This document shows positions 51,250-63,078 of a stretch of DNA of 64,000 bases, piece after piece (the stretch's first letter is position 1; each line of letters opens with the position of its first letter). Where the stretch lies: assembly GCA_013239625.1 (NCBI GenBank), contig MU053994.1, positions 2,671,589 through 2,735,588 of the forward strand, read 5' to 3'. This stretch comes from Lama guanicoe (taxonomy: Eukaryota). A program made the translations under genes and the position numbers. A model generated the notes under the pieces. It worked only from the letters and a program-made list of their open reading frames with translations, searched no databases and was not told where the DNA came from.

Positions 51250-52020
51250 AGCTGGGTGTTATCTGATCTACCAAACCATAAACTTGGACATGCATCACGG
51301 TTTTCAGTTATAAAACAGAAGTGGAATATGTAAAACCAGGCTGCAGCATTTCAGGAAAGCAAGAGAAAACTGTACAAGCAGGTGGCTTAGACTCCCATGG
51401 CACCTACTCTTACTGCTACTCTGCCTCGCATTCAGTTACACCTGTGGCCTCGTGGTCTCCGTTCCCAATGATCTGTTGGGTCTGCTTCCCAACTGGGAGT
51501 GCATGGCATGCTGGCACCAGCCAGAAGTGGATAATGGCTGCACAACAGCCCCATTCAGGAGTGGCCCTGAGAATGGTGATGAAGGCAAATCCTCCCAGGA
51601 GGTAGACTTTGGTTGTTTACTTTGTCAGGATTGAGGTGGCCAGGTGACTGGATCCACACTGGCTCATGGGCAATGACAACTGAGTTATCCAAGTGGTCAA
51701 GGACTTGGAAGGAACAAGATTGGAAAATTGGTGACAAGGACGTCCTTAGGGCAGGTATATGGATGGACCTCTGGGACTAAGCCCAAAATATGAAAGTTAT
51801 CATACCCATGTAAATGCCCACCGGAGGGCATCTACTGCAGAGGAGGCTCGTGATAATTAGGTGGACCAGATGATCCATCTCTGGATGTCAGCCAGCCTCT
51901 TCCTCTAGCTACCCTGCTGATGACTCGGTGATCTTGTGAACTCAGTGATCTAGAATCCACAACACAGGCAGCAGAGGCCAACTCTGAGTCTTTGATATGG
52001 CACCATTCCCTGAGGGGTCC
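51250..52020 (+). mobile_element. ERVL internal fragment (RNase H region)
   Basis: Translation W.RTWKEQDWKIGDKDV..GIWMDL..HVNAHRRASTAEEA is typical of ERV-L pol. Confidence 0.85.
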
Positions 52021-52029
52021 AGGCTTATA

Positions 52030-52200
52030 AAGCAGACATGAATGGGACGTGATGTCTGGAGTTAGCCTGACCCAGCTGAGCCCAACTTAGATAGGCTGAA
52101 CTACAACCAACCCACAGACCTGTGAGCAAAAAGTAAAGTGTTTGCTCTATTAAGCCACTGAGGTTATGGTGATGTTTGTTATGCAGCAGAAACCTAATAT
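52030..52200 (+). mobile_element. MLT1 LTR 3' end
   Basis: 'cccacagacctgtgagc..taagccactgagg..gtttgttatgcagca'. Confidence 0.7.
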
Positions 52201-52269
52201 AGTCTTTTATTAATCCTCATTGAATTATCCTGATTTGATTATGCCATCTGTTTCCTTTTAGAACCCTGA

Positions 52270-54350
52270 TTGAATCATTGCCTTTTTGCAGATGACTCAC
52301 GACTATATGGATCTCCAGTTCAGACTTCTCCTTTCAGTCCAAGACCCATATACAGTCAGTGGTCTGCTTGTTATCTCCTTGTGGATATCACAAAGATACC
52401 TGAAGCTCAACACTCATTCCTCTATCACAAACCTGGTTCTCCATTTCACTCAACAGCACCACCCACTGAAGAAACCTAGGAACTCTCCTTGACACCCACC
52501 TCCCTGTCACCCTTATACTCAAACCATCACCAAGTCATGTTAACTTAACCTCCTAAATCTCTCTCACATTTGTTCCCTTCGCTTTACCACAACCATCAGC
52601 ACCGCCCTAGCCTAAACCACCAGTATCTCTTACCTAAAATAACCTCCCAAATCTTGGCAATTAACTGTTCATTGATAGATACATGGATAAAGAATATGTG
52701 AGATATATAGATAAAGATATAAAATGGACTATTACTCAGCCATAAAAAGGATGAAATCTACCTTTTCACAACAACATGGATGGACCCAGAGGGTATTAGG
52801 CTAAGTGAAATTAAGTCAGACAGAGAAAGACAAATACTGTATGATTTCCCTTATATGTGGAATCTAAAAAACAAAACAAATGAACACACAAAACAGAAAC
52901 AGAGTCATAGATACAGAGAACAAACAGGTAGTTGCCGAGCGGAGGGCAGTGGGGGGAAGAGGGAAATAGATGAGGGAGAACAAGAGATACAAGCTTCCAG
53001 TTACAAAATAAATGAGCCACGGGTATGAAATGTACAGTAGGGGGGGAACAGTCAATAATTATGTAATATCTTTGTGCGGTAACAGATGGTAACTAGACTT
53101 CTCATGGTGAACATTTGAAATGTATTGAAATATCGAATAATGATGTTGTTCACCAGGAACTAACACAATGTTGTAGGTCAATTATACTTCAAACACAAAT
53201 AAAAAAAACAAACAAATTCACAGAAGAAGAGATCAGACTTGTGGTTACCAGAGGCGGGGAGGTGGAGGGAAGGGGAACTGGATGAAGGCAGTCAAAAGGT
53301 ACAAACTTCTAGTTATAAGATAAATAAATACTAGGGATGTAATGTACAACATGAGTAATGTAATTAACACTGCTATATGTTGTACATGGACGTCGTTAAG
53401 AGAGTAAATGCTGAGTTCTCATCAAAAGGAAAATTTTTTTTCCTCTGTTTATTTTGTATCTATATCAGATGATGGATATTCACTAAACTTGTTGTGATAA
53501 TCATTTTATGATGTATGTAAGTCAGATCATTATGCTGTGCACCTTAAACTTATATAGTGCTGTATGTCAATTACATCTCAATACAACTGGGGAGCAAAAG
53601 AAGACAGCATTATAAAGCTGTCATTTCTCTCCAATGCAATATTTAATTGGATCTCTATTTAATAGTTTCGCAATAAAAATGTCATCTGAGTTTTATTTTA
53701 ATACAGAAGAACTGATTGTAAAGATCTAATAAAAATAAGTAAAATAAAATAACCTCCCAACTGGCCCCTCTCTAGTTGGTTCTCTATACAGCATTCAAAA
53801 TGCTCTTTTTGAAAAGTCAATTTCAATCACCCATGCCCCACTTGAAGACCCTTAATGGTTTCCCATTGTTTTTAGGAAAAAGAACAGAATATTTAACACA
53901 GGCCTCAAGGCTCCATGTGGTGTAGCCTCCCCTGGGCTACTTCATCTCCCCACCCTGCTCTCTATATTCGCTATAAAAGGTCACATGTCCTTCTTTATTT
54001 GCTATGCACCATCTTACCCCTTTTGGTTCCCTCTCCCTATAAAGCCCTTTCTCCCCTCTCAGCCTTATTAACACCTACTCATGCTTCACATCTCAGCCTA
54101 AGCATCACCTCTTCAAGGAAGCCCTCTCTGATTTCCCTAAGCCTGGCTCATAGCATGGTATATTTTAAATTTGTGTGATTACTTGATTAATATTGGTCAC
54201 CTCTCCCCTCTCCCCTTGCCTGACCTACTATAATGTGATTTTCAAGACGGCAGAGGCTATGCCTGGTTTTGGTCATCATTCTATTCCCAGAACAGAATCT
54301 GTCACACCCTAGGCACTTGGCACCTATTTATTAAATTAATAACTCGGTGA
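52270..54350 (+). mobile_element. L2 fragment split by an L1 insertion
   Basis: 'gcagatgactcac', 'aaccatcaccaagtc', 'atcacctcttcaaggaagccctctctga'. Confidence 0.75.
52651..53744 (+). mobile_element. L1 3' end with a probable 3' transduction
   Basis: 16-bp TSD taaaataacctcccaa (52635-52650 / 53745-53760). Confidence 0.85.
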
Positions 54351-55349
54351 ATCAGGTGTTGAGTGGAAACATCTCTATGGTTCATGTCAGCTCTAACCTT
54401 CTGGGCTTCCTTTTCAGATTCTGCCTATAGAGGGGTGATGGGGGAAGTAGCCAAGTAGGGCAAATTAGCAGCCTCCATGCAGTCAAAGTCATTGGTTAGA
54501 ACTCTAAGAAACCCTTTTTCTACTTCAAAGATGCTGTTAAGAACAACATGGCAGGCACCAGCCCTTCACTGGCCAGACAAGTCTCAAGAAGTGCTTGACA
54601 CAGGCCAGAAAACCAAATGCCAGAAATCCTGGAACAGAGCCTTTTGCCAGGAGGTTCCCTGCCTTGTTGAGCTAAGCTGAGAGAGAGAGAAACAACTCTA
54701 AATGTCACCAATTAATCACCAAGGGTGATGCTCAACCATTCCAGCTGCTCCTGCTGCTGTTTCTTGTCTAGTCTTCACCCCCTCTCGACCCCACCCCTTC
54801 CAGAAAGACATCAAGTAACTGCTGTCTTGAAACCTTCTCAGATGGTTGGCTTGGCTGATGCCCAAATATTTCTTGTCCCAAACAGAGGTGCTGGGGAAGA
54901 AGAGAGGGGTAAGTTACTCTTCTAGCTCTTGCATTGTCTGCTTCTGCTATTCTAAATTCTGAAGATTCCTTTTCCCTTATAAAGAATGAACTAATGAAAC
55001 ATTGACGGCATAACTTGGACTCCATCCAGGGGAAAGAGCTAGGAAATTCCATGTACACGAGTCATCCTGTCACCAGGGGTGGAGGCAGTTCTTCAGTCCT
55101 TATCCCATGGCAAGGACAAACCCTCTCTCAAGGTCAGATAATGTTCTGAATCCATACGTACCAGGCAGCCAGCCACTTCTAACAAAGCTTCTCCAGAGGC
55201 CTGAAGGAGGGCTCAGCTGAGGGGCCTGGATAATTTGACCCTTAGAATGGGATGTTGGTATGCTTGTGAATTAAAAAGCCAACATCCTGTGTGAGGCAGG
55301 AAAGATGAGTGAGTACACAGCTGGGTTCTGAAATTGGCTGGTAGAAAAG

Positions 55350-55605
55350 GAGTGTCTATTCAGAAGCTGGAATACTATACAGCAGTTAAAATGACTGACC
55401 CAGAGCCACACTCTCAATGGATTAATTTTTAAAACATAATTTTGGAGGGAAAAAGCAAGTTGCAGAAGGATACACAGAGTGCGTGACCGTTTATAAAATG
55501 TTAACATGCAAAAATACATAAACCATTTAGTTTAAATATATATATATATCCCTAATGAATTATAATAGGATATAACTTATATAGGGTTTATAATATGTGT
55601 GTGTG

Positions 55606-55641
<36 letters not shown>

Positions 55642-55850
55642 ATATAGATGAAAGAAAACTATAAAAATACACGTGGAAATGATGACTTCAAATTTGTGGT
55701 TGTCTTGGGGCTAGAGAGGATGAGAATGAGAAGGGGTACCCAGAGGGCTCCAACTTTATCAGAAACATTTTATACATTAAGCTGAGTGTTTGCTATATGG
55801 TTCTGTACAGCTTTTGTAGATCTGAAATATTCCATAATGATTTTTTAAAA
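55350..55850 (+). mobile_element. Old L1ME/MC 3' fragment
   Basis: 'ggaatactatacagcagttaaaatga', 'aaaaagcaagttgcagaaggatac'. Confidence 0.65.
55536..55640. repeat. (TA)n/(TG)n microsatellite
   Basis: Directly visible. Confidence 0.85.
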
Positions 55851-57929
55851 GCAGAAAGAAAAGGTTAGGTTTCAGGGGGCTTGAGGACAAAGTTAAACCA
55901 CCGACTTGTACATGGACTGGGATGGTCCCTCCATGATGACCGCCCAAGTTACCAGCATCCCATGAGCCAAATCACCACCGTGTCCAGGGACTTTCCTCTT
56001 GATTGCAGCTGAAGCTATAAATATTCCCACTTCCGCCCCTGCCTCACTGCTGGGCCCGCCCCCACTCCTTTTCCCTGCTTCTTTCTGTCACTGCTGGGAA
56101 GCCCCTGCCTCTGCTTCTGGACATCTTCCAACTCCTCTTCCTGCCCTGCGCACTCCAATCCCCCAAGCTTGTAGGAAGCCCCACTTCCGACTGCACAGGA
56201 AGGAAAGAAAGCAGCTGTGTTTCTGTTCTCCCAAGTGGGAACTTAGAGTGGATTTTCACCAGGAAATAACAATACCTGATAAATGGTTCCCTAATCATTA
56301 TTAATACTAGAGTCCCACTTCGTCATGGGGCACATGTGCTCCGGTGGTCTACTTGGGAACCAAAGTCACTGATAACGAGCTGTTCTGAATTCTAAGACAG
56401 ATTTTCCAACCAACTTTTGGAATGACACCAATTTTTTAAGTTGTCAGTTCCCTATAAAGTCCTAGGGGGCCAGGCTAAGTTTTCCTTTGCTATAAGGGAA
56501 TGAATCCAAGGAACTGAGGTATGCTGATGGGTTTAGTAAGATGGGGAACTTCAGGGGAACTCCAAAAGAATTTCCTGGGAAACAAAATGACATCGTGGCT
56601 CACCTGCCCAGCTGCCTGAGTTCTTCACCCATGCTTCTACTGAAAAAGCTTCTTTCTCTCTGCAGCCCCACATTTTAAACATGAACAGTACAATAACAAA
56701 CTCCAGTGAGAAGATCTGATAATTTGCCACACAATGCGATTTCTAATTGCTTGAATAATACTGCACAATGTAATCATTTCCTACCCAGTAAAAATGATTT
56801 CTTTTTGCCTGCGTGATAATATCCTGTTGAAATATAATGCTGTTCCAGACAGTGACTACATAATGTCTGGAGTCCCCCCTCCCCCACCGCCGCAATATAA
56901 CCTTTAAATGCTAAGCATTAGGAACAAGGCAGTAGCAAGTGATAAAACATGTTCCCAAATGAAGAGAAGAATTCTCTGCGTCTATGTTGGAATCTTCTAA
57001 TTACCCAATGTCCTTGGATAAAATAGTGAGTCAATAAATTTACAATGTACAGACAGTCTTTGCTCTGTTCCTTTAGAGAAGCTCAGTTGTGTGACAAGAA
57101 TGAAAATAGATTTTTCCATAAAGCTGGTATGCAATGTAACATCTGTATTTGGACAGGCATCCATGCCATGCTGTTAATTTTAATGCACCAATTTAATCCT
57201 CGTTATGTGCATTGCTGGACCCATAAAAGCAGCTTTCTCTTTAGCAAATGAAATTGCAAGACATTTCTTGTCCAGTGACCTATGGTGCCCATAGGTGTAC
57301 GGAGCTTCGGGTGCTCTTCAGGAATACGGAAGAAAGAGAAAATGTGGTTCCTGTTTCTCAACTCAAGGAGTAAGGAGTTTAGAACACAGGCAATTCTGAG
57401 ACTTTCAGAGCAGAAAGGAGCCATACATCACAAAGATGAGAAAAGGGTGGCCTAGAGAGGGAAAATGGCCTTCCCAAGCTTACAAAGCCATGGGATGGAA
57501 TTGTTCAGGTGAAAACCGGGTGTCCAGAACCAGGGCCCTAATGCTCCCTCTTTAATACCAGACCTTCACAAAACCCATAATGAGATGGGGCCAACGCTGT
57601 GCTCGATTTGAATGTTTCTGTAGGTCAGGTGGTGTTCCTGGGCGTGTGGCTTCCTCCGTGGGACTCAGGGGAGATGCCTTTGCTGGGTCCCTCTGACGGC
57701 AGGTCTTCTGATACGGACTATCCACTGCTTCTCCATCTGCCACTCCCACTCCCCCTTTGGCCCCCAACTCTGGGAGGGAGGTGAGACAGTGGAGGTGGGG
57801 GCACTCTGTCCAGATTTTCAATGTTGATGCCACATTCTAAGAAGTCTTCTTGGGCAAGACTTCAGGCTGCTCCAGACATGACAAATACCTGAGGTGACCC
57901 TGAAACCCCACTCCTAGGCACATCTGCAT

Positions 57930-58420
57930 GTCAGATATGTGTATATTATCTGCTTACCAAAAGACACGTGCTAGAGCGTCCTTAACTGTTCATAGTAGCC
58001 CCAAATTGGAAACTACTCAAATGCCTATCACCCATAGAATGGATGCATACATTGTGAAATATTTATACAACAGGATGCTACACAGCAGTGAGGATAGCTA
58101 GAACCACGTACAGCAATATGATGCACGTCATAAATACAATGCTGAGCAACTAAAGCCAGGCACTAAAGGGTACATGGTGTCTGATTCCATTTATATGAAG
58201 AACAAAAAGAGGCAAAATGAATCTATGCTCTCAGAGATCAGAAAAGTAATTTTACTTGAGGGGTAATAGCAGTGACTAAAATGGGGTCCAAGGACTTTAT
58301 GGGATGCTGGTAATTCATGTTCTGGTTTCATGGCGATGTTCAGTTTGTGAAAACTCCTCAAGTCGTAAACCTATTTGTGCACATTTTAATACATATCTTA
58401 TATTTCCCAAAAGGTTAACA
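57930..58420 (+). mobile_element. Old L1MC/MD 3' fragment
   Basis: 'catagtagccccaaattggaaactactcaaatgcctatca'. Confidence 0.75.
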
Positions 58421-58934
58421 AAAGAAGACTCCTGCCTGACTCTTTCTCCCCCATGACTCCCACACGTGGGCATGCTGCCTAATTTCAGTGCAGCCCGTCT
58501 CTCCCACTGCCATAGGCTGTCTTCAACTCAGGTTCTAGTCCTGCCTCCCCAGCCACAGGGAACACACAGCAACATCTTTAAGGAGCCTCATTAATGCCTC
58601 CCCTCATGAAGCTCAAAGTTAGAGGGCAGCTCTCTCCTTCCTCCCATTCCGGGGGTGGGAATACTCATAGCCTGGCAATAGTAATCTCCAAAAAAATCCT
58701 CTGCACAAATCCTCCTTCTCTCTCCCTCTCTTGATCCCTTTATAATCAAAATTGTTGAGGGCATTCGAGATTCTCAAAGCATGTCTTTTGTAAAGTCTGC
58801 CTCTGTGCGCCTGTCCACACTCATTTTGAAATATAATGTCTTTCATAGTGGTGCAAACCAGCATCAAGATGGTCCCATTTTAATATCTTGTTATGTAGGT
58901 AAATAATAAATCCCTCCACAATAATGACTTAATG

Positions 58935-59275
58935 TATTCACATAGTGCTTGGAGTCTATAAAGATAATGCAGATCTGTTACCTTGCTTAATTTTCACAGC
59001 AACCCTCTGAGGTATGTTTTCATTACTTTCATGTTACATGTGAGAGCATATATCCTGTTAAAGCCTTGTGCTGGGTATTTCACATGGCTATTTTATTTGA
59101 CTTTCACAAGAACCATCAGAAGTAGATATTATCATCCAAGGTCCAGAGAGATAAAATAACCTAACTCAACAACCTAACTCCAAATCAAGTAATAGCTTTG
59201 GTGAGGTGACCTGCCTTGCCTGAGGTCACACATGAGGACTCTGGGATCCCAGGCTAGATGTTCTGACTCCAGATT
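58935..59275 (-). mobile_element. MIR interrupted by an inverted copy of the neighbouring MIR
   Basis: 'ttttcacagcaaccctctgaggta' ... 'ttgcctgaggtcacaca..ttctgactccaga'. Confidence 0.65.
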
Positions 59276-59534
59276 TGTTCTCGCCCCCTCTCCCCCCATC
59301 AAGGGAAGACCAAGGTGGGGAATGTACCAAAGCAGAGAGAGAAGAAACTGGGAAATGTCTACCCGCTGTCCTAGAATGAGAGCTTTGGAAGAGACAAGTT
59401 TGGGTTTGAATGGCAAACCTACTGCTTGATTTGAGTTAGGTTATTTCATCTCTCTGGACCTTGGATGACAGAATCTACTTCTCATGGTTCCTGTGAAAAT
59501 CAAATAAAATAGCAGTGTGAAATGCCGAGCACAA
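59066..59534. repeat. Inverted repeat; arms ~59066-59200 and ~59414-59534
   Basis: 59066-59169 versus the reverse complement of 59431-59534: 93/104 identical with no gaps (hand count). Confidence 0.95.
59372..59534 (+). mobile_element. MIR SINE fragment
   Basis: 'gagctttggaagagacaagtttgggtttgaat..gttatttcatctctctggacc..tgtgaaaatcaaataaaat'. Confidence 0.65.
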
Positions 59535-59639
59535 TATTCTTCTCTTAAAGAATACTGCTTTTCTTCTCCCTTTGTACAAAGTTCTCCCATCTAAGGAAGG
59601 GTAGATAGGGAGGGACAATAAATATTAACAAAAGGGAGG

Positions 59640-60976
59640 GATTGCTGGGTCATCTGGTAGTCCTATTTTTAGTGTTTTGAGGAACCTCCATACTGTTTTC
59701 CACAGTGGCTGCAGCAAACTGCATTCCCACCAATGGCGTACAAGGATTCCTTTTTCTCCACATCCTCGCCAACATTTGTTATTTGTGGTCTTTGTGATGA
59801 TAGCCTTTCTGACAGGTATGAGGTGATAGCTCACTGCGGTTTTGATTGGCATTTCTCTGATGATTAACAATGTTGAGCATCTTTTTTGTGTGCCTGTGGA
59901 CCATCTGTATGTCTGTTTTGGAAAAATGTCCATTCAGGTCTTCCGCCCATTTTTTAAAAAATTGAAGTATAGTTGATTTACAACGTTGTGTTAGTTTCTG
60001 ATGTATAGCATAGTGATTCAGTTATACATATATATTCTTTTTCATACTCTTTTTCATTATAGGCATCTGCCCATTTTTTAATCAAGTTGTTTGGTTTTTT
60101 GATGTTCAATTGTGTGAACTGATTATGTATTTTGGATATTAACCCCTTATTAATTATATCATTTGCAAATATTTTCTTCTATTCAGTAGGTTGTCTTTTT
60201 GATTTGTTGATAATTTCCTTCACTGTGCAAAAACTTTTAAGCTTAATTAGGTCCCATTTGTTTATTTTTGCTTTTGTTTCCTTTGCCTTAGGAGACAGAT
60301 CAAAAAAAAAATGTTGCTACGATTTATGTCAAAGAGTGTTCTGCCTATGTTTTCTTATTCCACTCCTGGGCATATATCCAAAGAAAATGAAAATACTAAT
60401 TTGAAAAGATACATGCACCCCAATGTTCATAGCAGCATTATTTACAATTGCCAAGATATGGAAGCAATCTAAGTGTCCATCAACAGATGAATGGAGAAAG
60501 AAGATGTGGTATATATACAATAAAATACTATTCTGTCATAAAAATGAATAAAATTTTGCCATTTGCAACAACATGGATAGACCTGGAGGGTATTATGTTA
60601 CATGAAATAAGTCAGACAGACAAAGACAAATACTATATGATATCATTTATATGTAGGATCTAAAAAATACAACAAACTGGTGAATATAACAAAACAGAAA
60701 CAGACTCACAGATATAGAGAATAAGCTAGTGGTTACCAGTGGCGAGAGGTAAGGGGGCAGGGAAAGACAGGGGTAGGGTATTAGGAGGTACAAACTACCA
60801 CATATAAAATAAATAAGCTATAAGGATACATTGTGCAATGCAGGGAATATAGCCAATATTTTATAATAACTAACAATGGAGCATAATCTTTAAAAATTAT
60901 GAATCACTACGTTGTATACCTGAAACTTACATAATGTTGTCAATCAGCTATAACTTAATTTTTTAAAAAAGGAAAA
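59640..60976 (+). mobile_element. L1 with 5' inversion (minus part to ~60356, plus part to the poly-A) and a nested short L1 at ~59958-60065
   Basis: Both parts start at the same L1 position (cagcaat(c/t)cc); approximate TSD aaaagggagg / aaaagagagg; nested TSD tc(c/t)gcccattttttaa. Confidence 0.88.
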
Positions 60977-61364
60977 AAAAGAGAGGAAGGTTCTATGTAG
61001 CTGATATGGCTTGTGGTGGTGCATTGGGCAGTGAGATTATAAAGTGTGGCCCCTCATCAAGTCAGGGCAGAATTTATTCCTCCATAACACTTTGGTCTGT
61101 TTAGTACTTGGAATGAACAGTTTAACCCAAATTGCAAAACTAGGCTACAGTCCAAGTTCTAGTACCCAGTAGCCAGGTGTCTGGAGTAAGGGAGGTAGGT
61201 AAACTGAAAGAACCTGAAACCACAGATAAGGCTTTTCATGTCAGAAGTTGGAAATTATTCTATGACAGAATCAGGAAAACCAGCCAACGGATTCTCCCCA
61301 CCTTTATCTCCTTTTAAGCATATCCAGCGTTTTTTCGTATTTGCAGTAGTTCAGAATATCACAA

Positions 61365-61925
61365 TAGAGCAGACACTGTTGGTTATCTACTCAAATCCAT
61401 TTCTGCTTCTGGAATCATCTTCTATGGCCAAGTGTTCAAGGAAAGTAATCCCCACCCCCTACTCCCAGACAATTAGGGTGACTTCATTACTTTTATCTGC
61501 GGTGGGGTCAGGCATAGGTATAAGATCCAAACTTGGCCAATGAAATCTGAGGGGAAGTCTCCTAGGGAGAATTCTGGGAAAGTTTTGCTCATTCTTAGAA
61601 AGGAACACAAGACAGGAAACATCTCCACTTTTTTTGCTACCCCACTCTATGCTATTTTGTAAGGATGTGATGCCTGAAGCTGCTGCAGCCATCTTGTGAT
61701 CATGAGGCACAAATGTGAAGAGAAAACCCAACATACTAAAAATAGGGAAATAGGAATTTAAAAAAAAATAACACCTGAGTCCTCGGTAATATTCCACCAC
61801 TGAATTAGGCAACTCTGGAACGACCTACCTCCAGACATATTATATGAATTAATAAAAGCCATTATTTTAAAGTCAGTTTTACCCAAGTATTCTCTCCTTG
61901 CAACCAAAAGTATTCTAACCAAAAC
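61365..61925 (+). mobile_element. Old MaLR LTR (MLT1I/J/K-like)
   Basis: 'ggccaatgaaatctgaggggaagtc', 'gctgctgcagccatcttgtgatcatga', end 'ttgcaaccaaaagtattctaac'. Confidence 0.75.
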
Positions 61926-62150
61926 AGCCAACGGTTTAGTACCATATTGTTCTTTATAACATGACTAATACTCATTTATTAGATGATGTAGCCGAACAGG
62001 TACCAATCAGAGGGGAGAGAACACAGGGTTCTAGTGCAGGAAAAGACAAATCAGGTACTAGACACAGAGTGAATAGGTGACCAAAAAGGGATGAAAAGAT
62101 GGAGGGAATGCTCTTCACCAGATTGTAGATGGAGTTAAAAGTAAGCTATA

Positions 62151-62623
62151 CATGCCTAAATGTCCATCAACAGATGACTGGATAAAGAAGATGTGGTATA
62201 TTTATACAATGGAATACTACTCAGCCATAAAAACCGACAACATAACACATTTGCAACAACATGGATGATCCTGGAGAATGGCATTCTAAGTGAGTAAGCC
62301 AGAAAGAGAAAGGAAAATACTATATGAGATCGCTCATATGTGGAATCTAAAAACAAAAACAAAACCAAAGCATAAATACAAAACAGAAATAGACTCATAG
62401 ACATAGAATATAAACTTGTGGTTGCCAAGGGGGCGGGGGGGGGGAACAAGATTATACTGTATAGCACAGGGAAATATATACAAGATCTTATGGTAGCTCA
62501 CAGAGAAAAAAATGTGACAATGAATATATGTATGTTCATGTATAACTGAAAAATTGTGCTCTACACTGGAATTTGACACAACATTGTAAAATGATTATAA
62601 ATCAATAAAAAATGTTAAAAAAA
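62151..62623 (+). mobile_element. Young lineage-specific L1 3' end
   Basis: 14-bp TSD aaaagtaagctata (62137-62150 / 62624-62637); closely similar to the 13967 copy. Confidence 0.93.
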
Positions 62624-62982
62624 AAAAGTAAGCTATATGTATGCTACCGCAAAGGAAGTTACCTGCAATGCGTTTCTCCTCACACAACGAGTTGAATGTA
62701 TATTCTGTGCGTTAGACTTTCCACATCAGAAGTTATACTCTTGCAAAGTGCAACCTCAAACTAGGGGAAGAAAAAAAAAAAAGCTAAGCATTAAAGAACA
62801 ATAGACAATGTTATGTTTCTTATATTTAGTATTACTGAAATTATCTATTTGGTTTTCCTTTCCTTTTTTCTGCCCTCTTTCATGGACCAGATAGGTAGGG
62901 GTGAATAGTTTTTAAAGACGTTTAGATTTATTGGATGATCACTGTGCCAGATACTGAGCTGGGGGGTCTGTAAATATTGTCA

Positions 62983-63078
62983 TTTTATTTCTTTATTATT
63001 TAATGCAGGTGCTGGGGATTGAAGCCAGGACCTCGTGCATGCTAAGCATGCGCTCTACCACTGAGCTCTACCCTCCCC
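62983..63078 (-). mobile_element. vic-1-type SINE
   Basis: Reverse of ggggagggtagagctcagtggtagagcgcatgcttagcatgcacgaggtcctgg. Confidence 0.92.

Noticed and set aside
52651..53595. Doubled L1 3' UTR as two separate insertions or a novel chimera
   Set aside because: No internal TSD; as I recall, such a duplicated 3' UTR is a normal feature of some laurasiatherian L1 subfamilies
54392..54420. Isolated splice-like signals (ctctaac..ttccttttcag here; tctttctctctgcag at ~56665; tag|gtgagt at ~23774)
   Set aside because: No consistent exon chain or reading frame links them; such motifs are common by chance
62983..63078. tRNA-Ala-like sequence as a real tRNA gene (likewise the other three copies)
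   Set aside because: A-rich tails, TSD-like flanks and diverged stems identify them as SINEs
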